The translations under genes and the position numbers were made by a program. The notes under the pieces were generated by a model. The model worked only from the letters and a program-made list of their open reading frames with translations. It had not been told where the DNA came from and did not search any database. Of a stretch of 52,142 nucleotides of DNA, positions 42,558-51,633 are shown piece after piece; the first letter of the stretch is position 1; each line of letters begins with the position of its first letter. This DNA is from a virus. Location: the IMG/VR virus record IMGVR_UViG_3300045988_100976; one strand, given 5' to 3'.

Positions 42558-44472
42558 ATGGATTTTGAAAATTATTCTTGTGATAATCAAATGTCTATAT
42601 TTGATTACATAAGAGAACCGATCAGAATAACAAAGCCCATTCGATTGATAGAGTTATTTGCCGGCTACGGAAGTCAAGCAATGGCACTAAAAAGAATAGG
42701 TGCAAAATTTGAGCATTACAGGGTTGTGGAATTTGATAAGTATGCCATAGCAAGCTATAACGCAGTGCATGGCACAGATTTTCCTACAATGGATATAACT
42801 AAGGTCCATGCAGAAGATTTGAATATTTGCGACACAGAAACCTTTACTTACTTACTTACTTACTCTTTTCCGTGTACGGACTTGTCTGTTGCCGGGAAGC
42901 AAGCCGGTATGTCTAAGGGTAGCGGTACACGATCAGGACTTTTGTGGGAAGTTGAAAGAATACTAACTGAAATCAGAGATGGTAGCGGAGAGTTGCCGCA
43001 GATATTATTCATGGAAAATGTACCACAAGTACACGGCAAGAAAAATATTGATGATTTTAAAAAGTGGTTGGAATTTTTGGAAAGTTTAGGCTACACGAAC
43101 TATTGGCAAGATTTGAATTCTAAAAATTACGGAGTTGCACAGAATAGAAACAGATGTTTTATGTTTTCGTTCTTAGGGAATTATTCATATAATTTTCCGC
43201 AGCCTATACCACTCAAAAAGAAACTCAAAGATTACCTGAAGGATAATGTAGATGAAAAGTATTACATCAACAATGAAAAGGCTGACAAACTGATAAAGCA
43301 GCTTATTGACAATGGTACATTACCAAATACAATCCCTAAGAGCAGAGCAGAGCAGACTTGCGTTGACGGAACAATTAATAAACCACAACGAAGAGAGGTT
43401 GCAAACTGTATCAAGGCAAGATGTGATGCCGGAATTTCAAACTTGCGGTCGGACGGAAACCTTGTTGTTAAAAGGAATGGTTGATAAAACGATTGAACCA
43501 ACGGCATCTAAAATTGATGTTTCGACAACAATTATGGCAAGAGACTATAAGGGATTGAATAATTACGGAACGAATGGAGTAATTGAATGGAAGTAATAGG
43601 AAGCATATATACAGGAGTTTCAGATAGATTTCAGAAAGGCATTATTAGTGGCGGTATATCACGGTGTGTAAAGGCTGAAAAAAATGATTTAGGAGTAGTT
43701 ATGGCAGATGTAAATGTTTTAGGTTCTCTTGAAGCAAAATTTGAGAGTACAAACAGAATTTATGATGTGGGGGGGGTGTAGTCCAACATTGAGTACAATG
43801 CAAGGTGGAAATCAAGAGCCGAAAATTCTTGAAGCAAAGCAGTTAGGATTTATGGATAATGGCACAGGCAAGCACCAATCAAACACAGTATATGATGAAA
43901 ATGCACTTTGCCCCAACATTACAACAGTCGAGGGTGGCGGTACGCAGCAAATTAAAGTATGTGAAAGTCAGATAGTTGCTATGCGTGGAAGAAATCCAGA
44001 TAATCCGTCAGATAGAACTGTTGGAAGTCCGACAGAGCAACGGTTAGAAGCGAATACACAAGGCGCAAGTAATTGTTTGACAAGTGTGCAGAAAGATAAC
44101 ATTGTTATGGAAAGCCAGGTATTAACACCCAAACGCACGGAATATGGCAAACAGATAAGAAAAGCGTATGAAAGCGGTCAGATACAGGAGAGCAGACACA
44201 ATATGACGGAATTAGAGCCTAGGCAAGACAATGTATCCAATACGCTGACAACAGTGCAAAAAGATAATTTATTGCTTGAAAAACCTCAATATCGCATCAG
44301 AAAGCTGACACCGAGAGAGTGTGGACGGCTTATGGGTGTATCTGATGAAGATATTGACAAAATGGCAGCAGTCAACAGTAACACGCAGTTGTATAAGCAA
44401 TTTGGCAATAGCATCGTTGTAGATGTTATGTGTGCTATGTTTAGGAATTTGAACATTAAAAACAGAGATTGA
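42558..44472 (+). pseudogene. Multi-TRD DNA (cytosine-5) methyltransferase split over four ORFs by three frame changes
   Basis: Motifs I (ELFAGYGS), IV (SFPCTDLS), VI (ENVPQV) and VIII (QNRNRCF) are in frame 0. Motifs IX and X (RKLTPRECGRLMGV, GNSIVVDV) are in frame 1. The frame switches near A4 at 43470-43473, near 43587, and at G8 at 43769-43776. Confidence 0.8.
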
Positions 44473-44482
44473 TTGATAAGGA

Positions 44483-45172
44483 GTGAGAAAAGTGGCAGAA
44501 AGACGTATGTTTACAAAAAGGATAACTGAAAGTGACGCTTTTTTAGATATGCCTAGCAGCACACAAATGTTATATTTTCATTTTTCTATGAATGCAGATG
44601 ATGATGGATTTGTGAATAACCCAAAGAAAATACAAAAAATGTGTGGTGCTTCTGATGATGATTTTAAATTGCTGATTGCAAAATCATTTATCATACTATT
44701 CGATAGCGGAATAATCGTAATAAAGCACTGGAAAATGCACAATTACATTCAGGCAGACAGGTATAGACCTACAGATTATGCAGAAGAGAAATCTATGCTT
44801 GGAATCAAGTCAAACAAGGCTTATACGTTGGATGTATCCAAAATGGATACAGAATGTATACAGAATGGATACATAGGTAAGGTAAGTATAGATAAGGATA
44901 GTAAAGATAAGGATAGTAAAGAAGAGAATGCGATAGAGGAAAAAGCTAAACGCTTTTATCCGCCAACACTAGATGAAGTGAAACAGTATTGCGAAGAACG
45001 GAAGAATAATATTGATCCGATGGCATTTATTGATTTCTATTCAAGTAAGGGTTGGATGATCGGAAAGAACAGAATGAAAGACTGGAAAGCGGCTGTTAGG
45101 ACTTGGGAACGGAAAAGAAAAGAACAATCCAAAGCAGAAAGCAGCGTATATGACGAATGGAGGGATGCCTAG
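44483..45172 (+). CDS. Phage replisome organizer (DnaD-like N-terminal domain)
   Basis: RRMFTKRITESDAFLDMPSSTQMLYFHFSMNADDDGFV is the Phage_rep_org_N signature. The start is GTG 44483, GTG 44492 or ATG 44507. Confidence 0.75.
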   Translation: MRKVAERRMFTKRITESDAFLDMPSSTQMLYFHFSMNADDDGFVNNPKKIQKMCGASDDDFKLLIAKSFIILFDSGIIVIKHWKMHNYIQADRYRPTDYAEEKSMLGIKSNKAYTLDVSKMDTECIQNGYIGKVSIDKDSKDKDSKEENAIEEKAKRFYPPTLDEVKQYCEERKNNIDPMAFIDFYSSKGWMIGKNRMKDWKAAVRTWERKRKEQSKAESSVYDEWRDA

Positions 45173-45798
45173 TGACAAGAGAGGAAACAATAGAGCTTCT
45201 TATGATGACGCAAGCAGCATTCCCGAATTACAAGCCACAGGATAAAACGGTAGCTGTCAATACTTGGTTTCTGATGCTTGCAGATTATCCGTATCAGCAA
45301 GTACAGATGGCACTTAAAGCCTATATCGCGACGGATACAAGCGGATTCGCGCCAAACATCGGGCAGATCATTGATAAGATACAAATGATAACCAATCCTG
45401 CGGAAATGAACGAAATGGAAGCATGGTCGCTTGTCAGTAAGGCTCTGCGGAACGGAAACTACAAGTCAAGAGAAGAATTTGAGAAATTGCCCGATCTTGT
45501 GAAAGAAGCGGTCGGAAGCCCGGAAAACATTCATAACTGGGCGCAGTCTGACATAAAGAGTATTGAGAGCGTGATCCAGTCAAATTTTATCAAGAGTTAT
45601 CGGACTGTTGTAAACAGGCAAAAGGAAATGCAGAAATTGCCAAAAGACATAAAAGCTGTGATTTCCAGCAGTAGGACCTGCATCGGCAAGGAAATTGAAA
45701 CATCACAAAAGACTGCGTTGGAAGCAAAAGAAGAGCCGGCAGAAGAACGAAAATGCATTCCTATGCCGGATCGTTTGAAAGAAAAACTGAAATTGTAG
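45172..45798 (+). CDS. Replicative helicase loader/inhibitor (G39P-like)
   Basis: TIELLMMTQAAFPNYKP...AVNTWFLMLADYPYQQVQMALKAYI fits the loader family and lies directly after the replisome organizer. Confidence 0.65.
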   Translation: MTREETIELLMMTQAAFPNYKPQDKTVAVNTWFLMLADYPYQQVQMALKAYIATDTSGFAPNIGQIIDKIQMITNPAEMNEMEAWSLVSKALRNGNYKSREEFEKLPDLVKEAVGSPENIHNWAQSDIKSIESVIQSNFIKSYRTVVNRQKEMQKLPKDIKAVISSSRTCIGKEIETSQKTALEAKEEPAEERKCIPMPDRLKEKLKL

Positions 45799-45851
45799 GA
45801 GGTAAAGAGGTTTGTCCGGACAAATAAAGCTAGCTTTACTCATGCAATCAT

Positions 45852-46511
45852 ATGTACGACAAAGAAAGATACGAAAGACTGAAAGCAGAGGGCATATGCC
45901 CAAATTGTGGGAAACCAAATGATCGCGCTAATAGGGTATACTGCACAGAATGCCAGAAAAGAAAAACTGAAAAGCAGTTAGAAACAAGGAAATGGTATGC
46001 AAAAATGGGATATTGCCCTAGATGCCAAAAAAACAAATTGTTTGGATCTGAAAAGGTCTGCCCGGAATGCACTGCTGAAAATACGAACAGGATTGAAAAA
46101 GAGAGAAAACTGAACAGAGAAAAATACAACGATTACATGAAAGATTACCATAAGAAGTTGCATAAACAGAGGAAAGCGGATGGAATCTGTACTCGTTGCG
46201 GAAAGGTAAGTGTAAAAGGAACAGGATATTGCACCTGCATAAAATGCAGGGAAAAAGAAAGAAAAAACATATATCCAAGAGAATACGGCTGGGCGAGAGT
46301 TGCCGAGGGTAAATGTTTCTTTTGCGGAGAACCAGTGAAGAAAGGCTACAAGGTATGTGAAAAGCATTGGAAGTCAAATTGTGAGAATGCGAAAAAGGCA
46401 GACAGAAGTTATTTACAAAGGACGAACAAATTGTTTTTCAAAAAGAAAGGTAAACGTGCAGATGAAAAGGAAAATCCATATTTGGATTGCACAGATGTGA
46501 TTAAGACATAA
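45852..46511 (+). CDS. Protein with four tandem zinc-ribbon modules (219 aa)
   Basis: CPNCG..CTEC, CPRC..CPEC, CTRCG..CIKC and CFFCG..CEKH, each followed by a basic K/R-rich linker. Confidence 0.7.
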   Translation: MYDKERYERLKAEGICPNCGKPNDRANRVYCTECQKRKTEKQLETRKWYAKMGYCPRCQKNKLFGSEKVCPECTAENTNRIEKERKLNREKYNDYMKDYHKKLHKQRKADGICTRCGKVSVKGTGYCTCIKCREKERKNIYPREYGWARVAEGKCFFCGEPVKKGYKVCEKHWKSNCENAKKADRSYLQRTNKLFFKKKGKRADEKENPYLDCTDVIKT

Positions 46512-46534
46512 AGAGAGTAAAAGGAGAACGGCTT

Positions 46535-46933
46535 ATGAGGTTATCGGAACTGACTAAGCCAGAGATTGATTCGATCGTCGGAAATGCTAATTTTACGGAA
46601 GAAGAATATCAAGTGTTCCAGTATTTGTGTAAGGGCACAACACTTGACGAAATGGTTTTTAAATTAAAGTTATCGAAAGCTACCATTTCAAGAATCGTAT
46701 TTAAGGTCAAAATGAAAATAGAAAGGATTGATAAAATGAAGCAGAATGTACCTGTATGGGAAAAAATCACAATGACAGTAGAAGAAGCTGCAGAATATAG
46801 CAGCATCGGTATAAACAAAATCAGAGAACTTTCAAGTGATCCAAGATGTAATTTTGTTATCTACATAGGCAAAAAGCGGTTAATAAAGCGAAAAGAGTTT
46901 GAAAAATTTATTGCTGATAATGTGGAGTTGTAG
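46535..46933 (+). CDS. DNA-binding protein with an excisionase-type (HTH_17) C-terminal domain, putative Xis or regulator
   Basis: C-terminal MTVEEAAEYSSIGINKIRELSSDP...IGKKRLIKRKEFEKFI is excisionase-family-like. The N-terminal half is sigma-r4/LuxR-like. The gene sits directly upstream of int. Confidence 0.65.
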   Translation: MRLSELTKPEIDSIVGNANFTEEEYQVFQYLCKGTTLDEMVFKLKLSKATISRIVFKVKMKIERIDKMKQNVPVWEKITMTVEEAAEYSSIGINKIRELSSDPRCNFVIYIGKKRLIKRKEFEKFIADNVEL

Positions 46934-46940
46934 ACTTATA

Positions 46941-46981
46941 AAGCCTTATGTGATATTATATGTATTTGCATAAGGCTTTTT
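46941..46981 (+). terminator. Long-loop hairpin terminator, whose 3' arm is also the left copy of a 20-bp inverted repeat
   Basis: AAGCCTTATG (46941-46950) pairs with CATAAGGCTT (46969-46978), followed by TTT. Confidence 0.55.
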
Positions 46982-47006
46982 CCGTATAGGGAAAGGAGCG
47001 TAAAAG

Positions 47007-48137
47007 ATGGGAAAAGACCTAAGAGGTAAGGAAATAGGGCAAGGTTTGTCCCAGAGGAAAGATGGGTACTATGTCGCTAGATATACTGACAGATACGGAA
47101 AGCGCATACAAAAACTGTTCTTGAAAATGAGAGAAGCCCAAAAATGGCTTTCAGAAAACAAGTATGAGGATCAGCATTCAAATATAGACTTTCCATCTGA
47201 CTTGATTGTTGAATCGTGGTTCCAATACTGGATTGCAATAAAAGAGAAAACGGTAAGACCGAATACCGTCAGAAATTACAGAGAGCGTTATATTAGAAAC
47301 ATAAAGCCGATAATAGGGAATAAATTATTAAGAGATGTAAACAGTATTCATTGTCAGCAAATATTTAACAAAATGGATGATGAAGGATACAGGAAATCGA
47401 CAATATATCAGACAAGAATCGCATTGTACAATATGCTGCAATATGCGTTTGACAACGATGTAATAAGAAAAAATCCGTGCACAAGAGCTGTTATATCTGA
47501 TATAGGAAAAGAATCCGTTAAGAAAGAAGCGCTAACAATAGAAGCGCAGAAAAAATTTTTAAAATATGCTTCCGGCATGTCTTATGAGTATCAATATAGA
47601 TTTATATTACAAACCGGCTTGAGAACTGGGGAGCTTACTGGTTTAAAGTGGGAAGATATAGACTTTAAAAGCAGAACGCTTACGGTTAGCAGAAGTTTGG
47701 AATACAGGCATTCAACAGGCGAATGGAGAGAGGGTCAGCCGAAGAGTAAGTCCGGGTACAGGACTATACCGCTGACAGACGAAGCGATTTATATCTTGAA
47801 TAAGCAAAAAGAGAAAAATGCGCATCTGAAATTTGTCGAAATGCAATGGAAAGACAGAATATTTTTGTGCAAAACCGGAGCACCTGTTAAGAACAGCACA
47901 TATGACACGGCGTTATTTAAAATCTGCGATAAAGCAAAAATTCATAGATTCTCAATGCACGTATTGCGTCATACTTTTGCTACGAGATGCATAGAAGCCG
48001 GAATGATGCCGAAAACTCTTCAAACGATTTTAGGACATTCAAATATCGGAATAACCATGAATCTGTATGTGCACACAACAGACGATCAGAAAAAAATAGA
48101 AATTGAAAAAGTAGCAAAAGCACTAAAAGTTGTGTAA
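47007..48137 (+). CDS. int: Tyrosine recombinase / phage integrase
   Basis: 376 aa. N-terminal SAM-like core-binding domain. Catalytic region has ...LRTGELTGLKWEDID..., HVLRHTFATRCIEAG and LGHSNIGITMNLYVH (R, HxxR, H and Y). Confidence 0.95.
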   Translation: MGKDLRGKEIGQGLSQRKDGYYVARYTDRYGKRIQKLFLKMREAQKWLSENKYEDQHSNIDFPSDLIVESWFQYWIAIKEKTVRPNTVRNYRERYIRNIKPIIGNKLLRDVNSIHCQQIFNKMDDEGYRKSTIYQTRIALYNMLQYAFDNDVIRKNPCTRAVISDIGKESVKKEALTIEAQKKFLKYASGMSYEYQYRFILQTGLRTGELTGLKWEDIDFKSRTLTVSRSLEYRHSTGEWREGQPKSKSGYRTIPLTDEAIYILNKQKEKNAHLKFVEMQWKDRIFLCKTGAPVKNSTYDTALFKICDKAKIHRFSMHVLRHTFATRCIEAGMMPKTLQTILGHSNIGITMNLYVHTTDDQKKIEIEKVAKALKVV

Positions 48138-48138
48138 A

Positions 48139-48160
48139 ATTGGTACATAATTGGTACATA
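48139..48160 (+). repeat. Two tandem 11-bp repeats ATTGGTACATA (candidate integrase arm-type sites)
   Basis: Exact copies at 48139-48149 and 48150-48160. Confidence 0.85.
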
Positions 48161-48366
48161 AAAATAAAACAAAGACAAAGAAATGCGATAAAATAGGCAT
48201 TTTCAGTAAGGAGGAAGTCGAAATGAAATTAGGCATCGTAGTTAATTGAAGTTTTTTATATAAATTTACGTGGTTTAATATATTGCTACAAATACCTATT
48301 TTATTGAGTTTATTGAGTTTTTGTGAAATTGTATATTTTTATATATTTTCACGTATTTTTATAAAA

Positions 48367-48399
48367 ATTGGTACATAATTGGTACATAACTGGTACACG
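48367..48399 (+). repeat. Three tandem 11-bp repeats ATTGGTACATA (the third is degenerate)
   Basis: 48367-48377 and 48378-48388 are exact. 48389-48399 reads ACTGGTACACG. Confidence 0.85.
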
Positions 48400-48433
48400 G
48401 AAAAAGCCTTATGCAAAATGAGAATAAATTGAT

Positions 48434-48461
48434 AAGAATGTGATAACCACATTCTTTTTTT
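48434..48461 (+). terminator. Intrinsic terminator
   Basis: AAGAATGTG/CACATTCTT stem followed by TTTTT. Confidence 0.7.
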
Positions 48462-48496
48462 ATGCGCCAAAATATAGTCATAAGGAGTTGATAGTT

Positions 48497-48658
48497 ATGT
48501 TTTCGGACGCAATTTTAGAAAAGATATTTGCAATGCCGGATATGCAGATGCTTGATCTGCAAACGCAGTCAAACATTGTGCACGGCATTGAGACAATACT
48601 GGAAAAAGAGGAAAAGAAAAATGCTGATGAATTTCAGTCAGATGGGAACACCGAATAA
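48497..48658 (+). CDS. Hypothetical miniprotein (53 aa)
   Basis: AAGGAG SD 9 nt upstream of ATG 48497. Confidence 0.55.
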   Translation: MFSDAILEKIFAMPDMQMLDLQTQSNIVHGIETILEKEEKKNADEFQSDGNTE

Positions 48659-48794
48659 AGATGTATTTTTGACACAGGATGAAACAAACATATTGGTCGA
48701 AGCTGAAAAAGCAGAAAGAGAGGATCGTAATGCAGCCTTACCCAAATCCAAATTACTATCAGAACTATATGCAGCCGCCGCAGCAGATTTATAG
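48621..48794 (+). CDS. Possible miniprotein (57 aa) overlapping both neighbours
   Basis: GAGGAAAAG SD. It overlaps the next start by 65 nt, so it is uncertain. Confidence 0.3.
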   Translation: MLMNFSQMGTPNKDVFLTQDETNILVEAEKAEREDRNAALPKSKLLSELYAAAAADL

Positions 48795-49200
48795 TCAGCC
48801 GGCAGTACAGCAGTACCAGCAACCTTCATATATGCAGCAGGCAGCGCAAAGAATAAACGGAAGAGTGGTGCAGTCCGCAGATATGATTACCGCAAACGAT
48901 GTCCCGATGGATGGATCGGTTGCGTTCTTTCCCACACAAGATCTGTCAGAGATATACGCAAAGAGTTGGGACGCAAACGGTAAAATCGTTACAAGGCTTT
49001 TTAAGCCTGTTTCGGATTCGTACCCTTCCAATCCCACACAAGAAACAGAAAAATTGAAAATAGGGCTATCAGACGAAGCCACAGAGGTATTCAACAAGCA
49101 CTTTGATACACTGTTTTCCAAAATAGAAGAACTGGAAAAGAAAATTGACGAGAAATCTTTGACTAAGACTAATGCAAGAACAAAAGTTAGTCAAGATTAG
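48730..49200 (+). CDS. Hypothetical protein with a Q/P/Y-rich N-terminus (156 aa)
   Basis: GAGAGG SD. N-terminus is MQPYPNPNYYQNYMQPPQQIYSQPAVQQYQQPSYMQQ. Confidence 0.65.
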   Translation: MQPYPNPNYYQNYMQPPQQIYSQPAVQQYQQPSYMQQAAQRINGRVVQSADMITANDVPMDGSVAFFPTQDLSEIYAKSWDANGKIVTRLFKPVSDSYPSNPTQETEKLKIGLSDEATEVFNKHFDTLFSKIEELEKKIDEKSLTKTNARTKVSQD

Positions 49201-49250
49201 TCCAAGTTTAGCCATAGATTAGTCATAAAAAGTAATAGGATGGTGGTTTT

Positions 49251-49469
49251 ATGAATTTTTTTCAAGCGTTTAAAAGTCCGCAACAGTTTTTGCAGAGCAT
49301 GATAGGAAATAGCCAAGTTATGCAAAACCCGATGGCTAAAAATGCTATCGGAATGGCTCAAAATGGAGACACAAAAGGAATAGAACAGATGGCACGTAAC
49401 TTATGCCGAGAAAAAGGAATAAACCCGGATGAAATGATAAATCAAATAAAAAGCAGAATGGGTATGTAA
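49251..49469 (+). CDS. Hypothetical helical miniprotein (72 aa)
   Basis: Full ORF with a GGTGG-type SD. Confidence 0.6.
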   Translation: MNFFQAFKSPQQFLQSMIGNSQVMQNPMAKNAIGMAQNGDTKGIEQMARNLCREKGINPDEMINQIKSRMGM

Positions 49470-49542
49470 CAGCATATTAGAGGTTTGTGCACAATACCTA
49501 GGTGACCTCTTTATGAATAAAATATTTTTGGAGGTATCTAAT

Positions 49543-50367
49543 ATGTTCAACACAGGAAATTGCGCGTCGGTTCCGCTTGTAGCGAATATCGACGGAAATG
49601 GAAACAACGGTTGGGGTGGTGATGGTGGCTGGCTCTGGATTATCGTTGTATTTGCCTTACTCTTTGGATGGGGTAATGGTGGATTTGGTAGCTGGGGTGG
49701 CAATAATGGCGGCGGCTATGTTGCAACAGCTGCTACGCAGTCAGACATTCAGCGTGGATTCGACAATCAGGCTGTTATCAGCAAACTTGACGGAATTACA
49801 AACGGTCTGTGTGACGGATTCTATGCTGTAAACAACAGTATGCTTACAGGATTTAACGGAATCAACACCAATATCATGCAGACAGGCTATGGCATCCAGC
49901 AGGCAATCAACGCTGACACAATCGCGAATATGCAGAACACAAATGCATTGCAGGCGCAGCTTGCAAACTGCTGCTGTGAAACTCGTGAAGCTATTCAGAA
50001 CGTAAACTACAACATGGCAACTAACACTTGCGCATTGCAGAACACAATGAATAACAACACAAGAGACATCATCGACAGCCAGCAGGCAGGCACAAGAGCG
50101 ATTCTCGACTATCTGTGTCAGGATAAGATCGCAACATTACAGGCTGAGAACAGCGATCTCAGACAAGCTGCATCACAGGATAGACAGAATGCACTTCTGA
50201 CTACTGCAATGACAGCGCAGACAAGCCAAATTCTTGACGCTGTAAGACCTACACCGGTTCCGGCTTATCCAGCCGCTTCACCTTATGGACTTGGTAACTG
50301 GTCTCCGCAGGTGCTGGCAAATGGCTATAACACAGGTTGCTGCTGCAATACAGGTTGCGGATGCTAA
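49543..50367 (+). CDS. Membrane-anchored Gly/Trp-rich, N/Q-rich protein with the Cys-rich C-terminus CCCNTGCGC (274 aa)
   Basis: GGAGG SD. GWGGDGGWLWIIVVFALLFGWGNGGFGSWGGNNGGG flanks a TM helix. Also has internal CCC and terminal CCCNTGCGC. Confidence 0.7.
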   Translation: MFNTGNCASVPLVANIDGNGNNGWGGDGGWLWIIVVFALLFGWGNGGFGSWGGNNGGGYVATAATQSDIQRGFDNQAVISKLDGITNGLCDGFYAVNNSMLTGFNGINTNIMQTGYGIQQAINADTIANMQNTNALQAQLANCCCETREAIQNVNYNMATNTCALQNTMNNNTRDIIDSQQAGTRAILDYLCQDKIATLQAENSDLRQAASQDRQNALLTTAMTAQTSQILDAVRPTPVPAYPAASPYGLGNWSPQVLANGYNTGCCCNTGCGC

Positions 50368-50443
50368 TTACAACAGAATAATTGAGTATCTTAATTGAGT
50401 TTAACTCGATTATGTCTGCAAAAGCAGTATTACTTGTAATCAA

Positions 50444-50479
50444 AAGGGCAGACTGAAATATGTTTGCCCTTATTTTTTT
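50444..50479 (+). terminator. Intrinsic terminator
   Basis: AAGGGCA/TGCCCTT stem followed by ATTTTTTT. Confidence 0.7.
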
Positions 50480-50498
50480 GAAAGAGAGGTAAATAAAT

Positions 50499-50921
50499 AT
50501 GGCAGAATTTACAGGAATTGCATTACAAACAGTTGCCGCAGGAGAAGATGTTGCTTTTACAGAAACACCAGTATGCGGTAGCAAGTGTATTGTTCATAGA
50601 CAGGGAAGTGGAATTGTCAAGTTAAGAGGTATTACAAACCAGTGCAGAGCAAGATTTCTTGTATCGTTTAGTGGAAATATTCAGATACCAACAGGCGGTA
50701 CGGTTGAAGCTATTTCGCTTGCACTTGCGGTAGATGGAGAGCCTTTGCAATCAACACGAATGATCGTAACACCGGCAGCAGTCGAGAATATGCAGAACGT
50801 ATCAGCACAGGCATACGTTGATGTGCCTTGTGGTTGTTGCAGTACAGTAGCGGTGCAGAATACATCTACACAGGCTATTGAAGTTCAGAACAGTAATTTA
50901 ATTGTTGTTCGTGAAGCGTAG
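50499..50921 (+). CDS. Small beta-rich protein resembling BclA C-terminal / C1q-TNF-like domains (140 aa)
   Basis: The alternating hydrophobic pattern and the LVSFSGNIQIP..G....ISLALAVDGEPL...........NVSAQAYVDV....STVAVQN.S...I.V.NSNLIVV layout recall exosporium BclA-C-type jelly rolls. This is recollection only. Confidence 0.35.
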   Translation: MAEFTGIALQTVAAGEDVAFTETPVCGSKCIVHRQGSGIVKLRGITNQCRARFLVSFSGNIQIPTGGTVEAISLALAVDGEPLQSTRMIVTPAAVENMQNVSAQAYVDVPCGCCSTVAVQNTSTQAIEVQNSNLIVVREA

Positions 50922-50933
50922 GAGGTGATCTGT

Positions 50934-51578
50934 ATGCATGAGTTTGCAAAGAAAATTATGGAATGTGTAAAAACAAATGCTGAATCTATAGGCATTGACA
51001 ATTTCAGCGGTCAAAACCTTGATGACTTAAAGGATTGGACGGAGATTGCAAAGAACATTGTCTGCTATGACAAAGACTACAAAATTGTGGAAGCAATGAA
51101 GAAGTCAGAAGATAATGAGGATATTATGCATATGCTTGAACAGTACGAAGATTATCCAGAGCGCAGATTTTACGATCATTACAGATATGCTGATGGAAGA
51201 TTTGCGCCAAAAGGTCGCGGAACATACCGCAGAGGTTACGAGGAACCGCCGTACTGGCATATGACACCGGAAATGTATCGTGATATGGATAGAGATACGC
51301 GCAGCAGAATGTATTACACGGAAACAAACATGAATGACGGTGGAACAAGTAATTCTCGTATGAGTGAGAGTAATTACGACCGCGCAAAGCGTAATTACAC
51401 GGAAACGAAGGAAATGCATCGCGCAAATACACCACAGGACAAGGAAGCAAAGATGCGTGAACTTGAAAAGTACATGAAAGAGCTTTCAGCAGACATTACA
51501 GATTTGATGTCCGGTATGTCGCAAGAAGAAATGAACATGGCGAAGTCAAAACTTACGACACTTGTAAGCAAGATGTAA
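50934..51578 (+). CDS. Hypothetical R/Y/D/E-rich protein (214 aa)
   Basis: AGGAGGTG SD. No motif recognised. Confidence 0.65.
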   Translation: MHEFAKKIMECVKTNAESIGIDNFSGQNLDDLKDWTEIAKNIVCYDKDYKIVEAMKKSEDNEDIMHMLEQYEDYPERRFYDHYRYADGRFAPKGRGTYRRGYEEPPYWHMTPEMYRDMDRDTRSRMYYTETNMNDGGTSNSRMSESNYDRAKRNYTETKEMHRANTPQDKEAKMRELEKYMKELSADITDLMSGMSQEEMNMAKSKLTTLVSKM

Positions 51579-51588
51579 TTTATACAAC

Positions 51589-51620
51589 AGGCTATGGGTG
51601 TAATACTCATAGCCTTATTT
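51589..51620 (+). terminator. Hairpin terminator (weak T-run)
   Basis: AGGCTATG/CATAGCCT stem followed by TATTT. Confidence 0.5.
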
Positions 51621-51633
51621 GAGGTATACAGGA

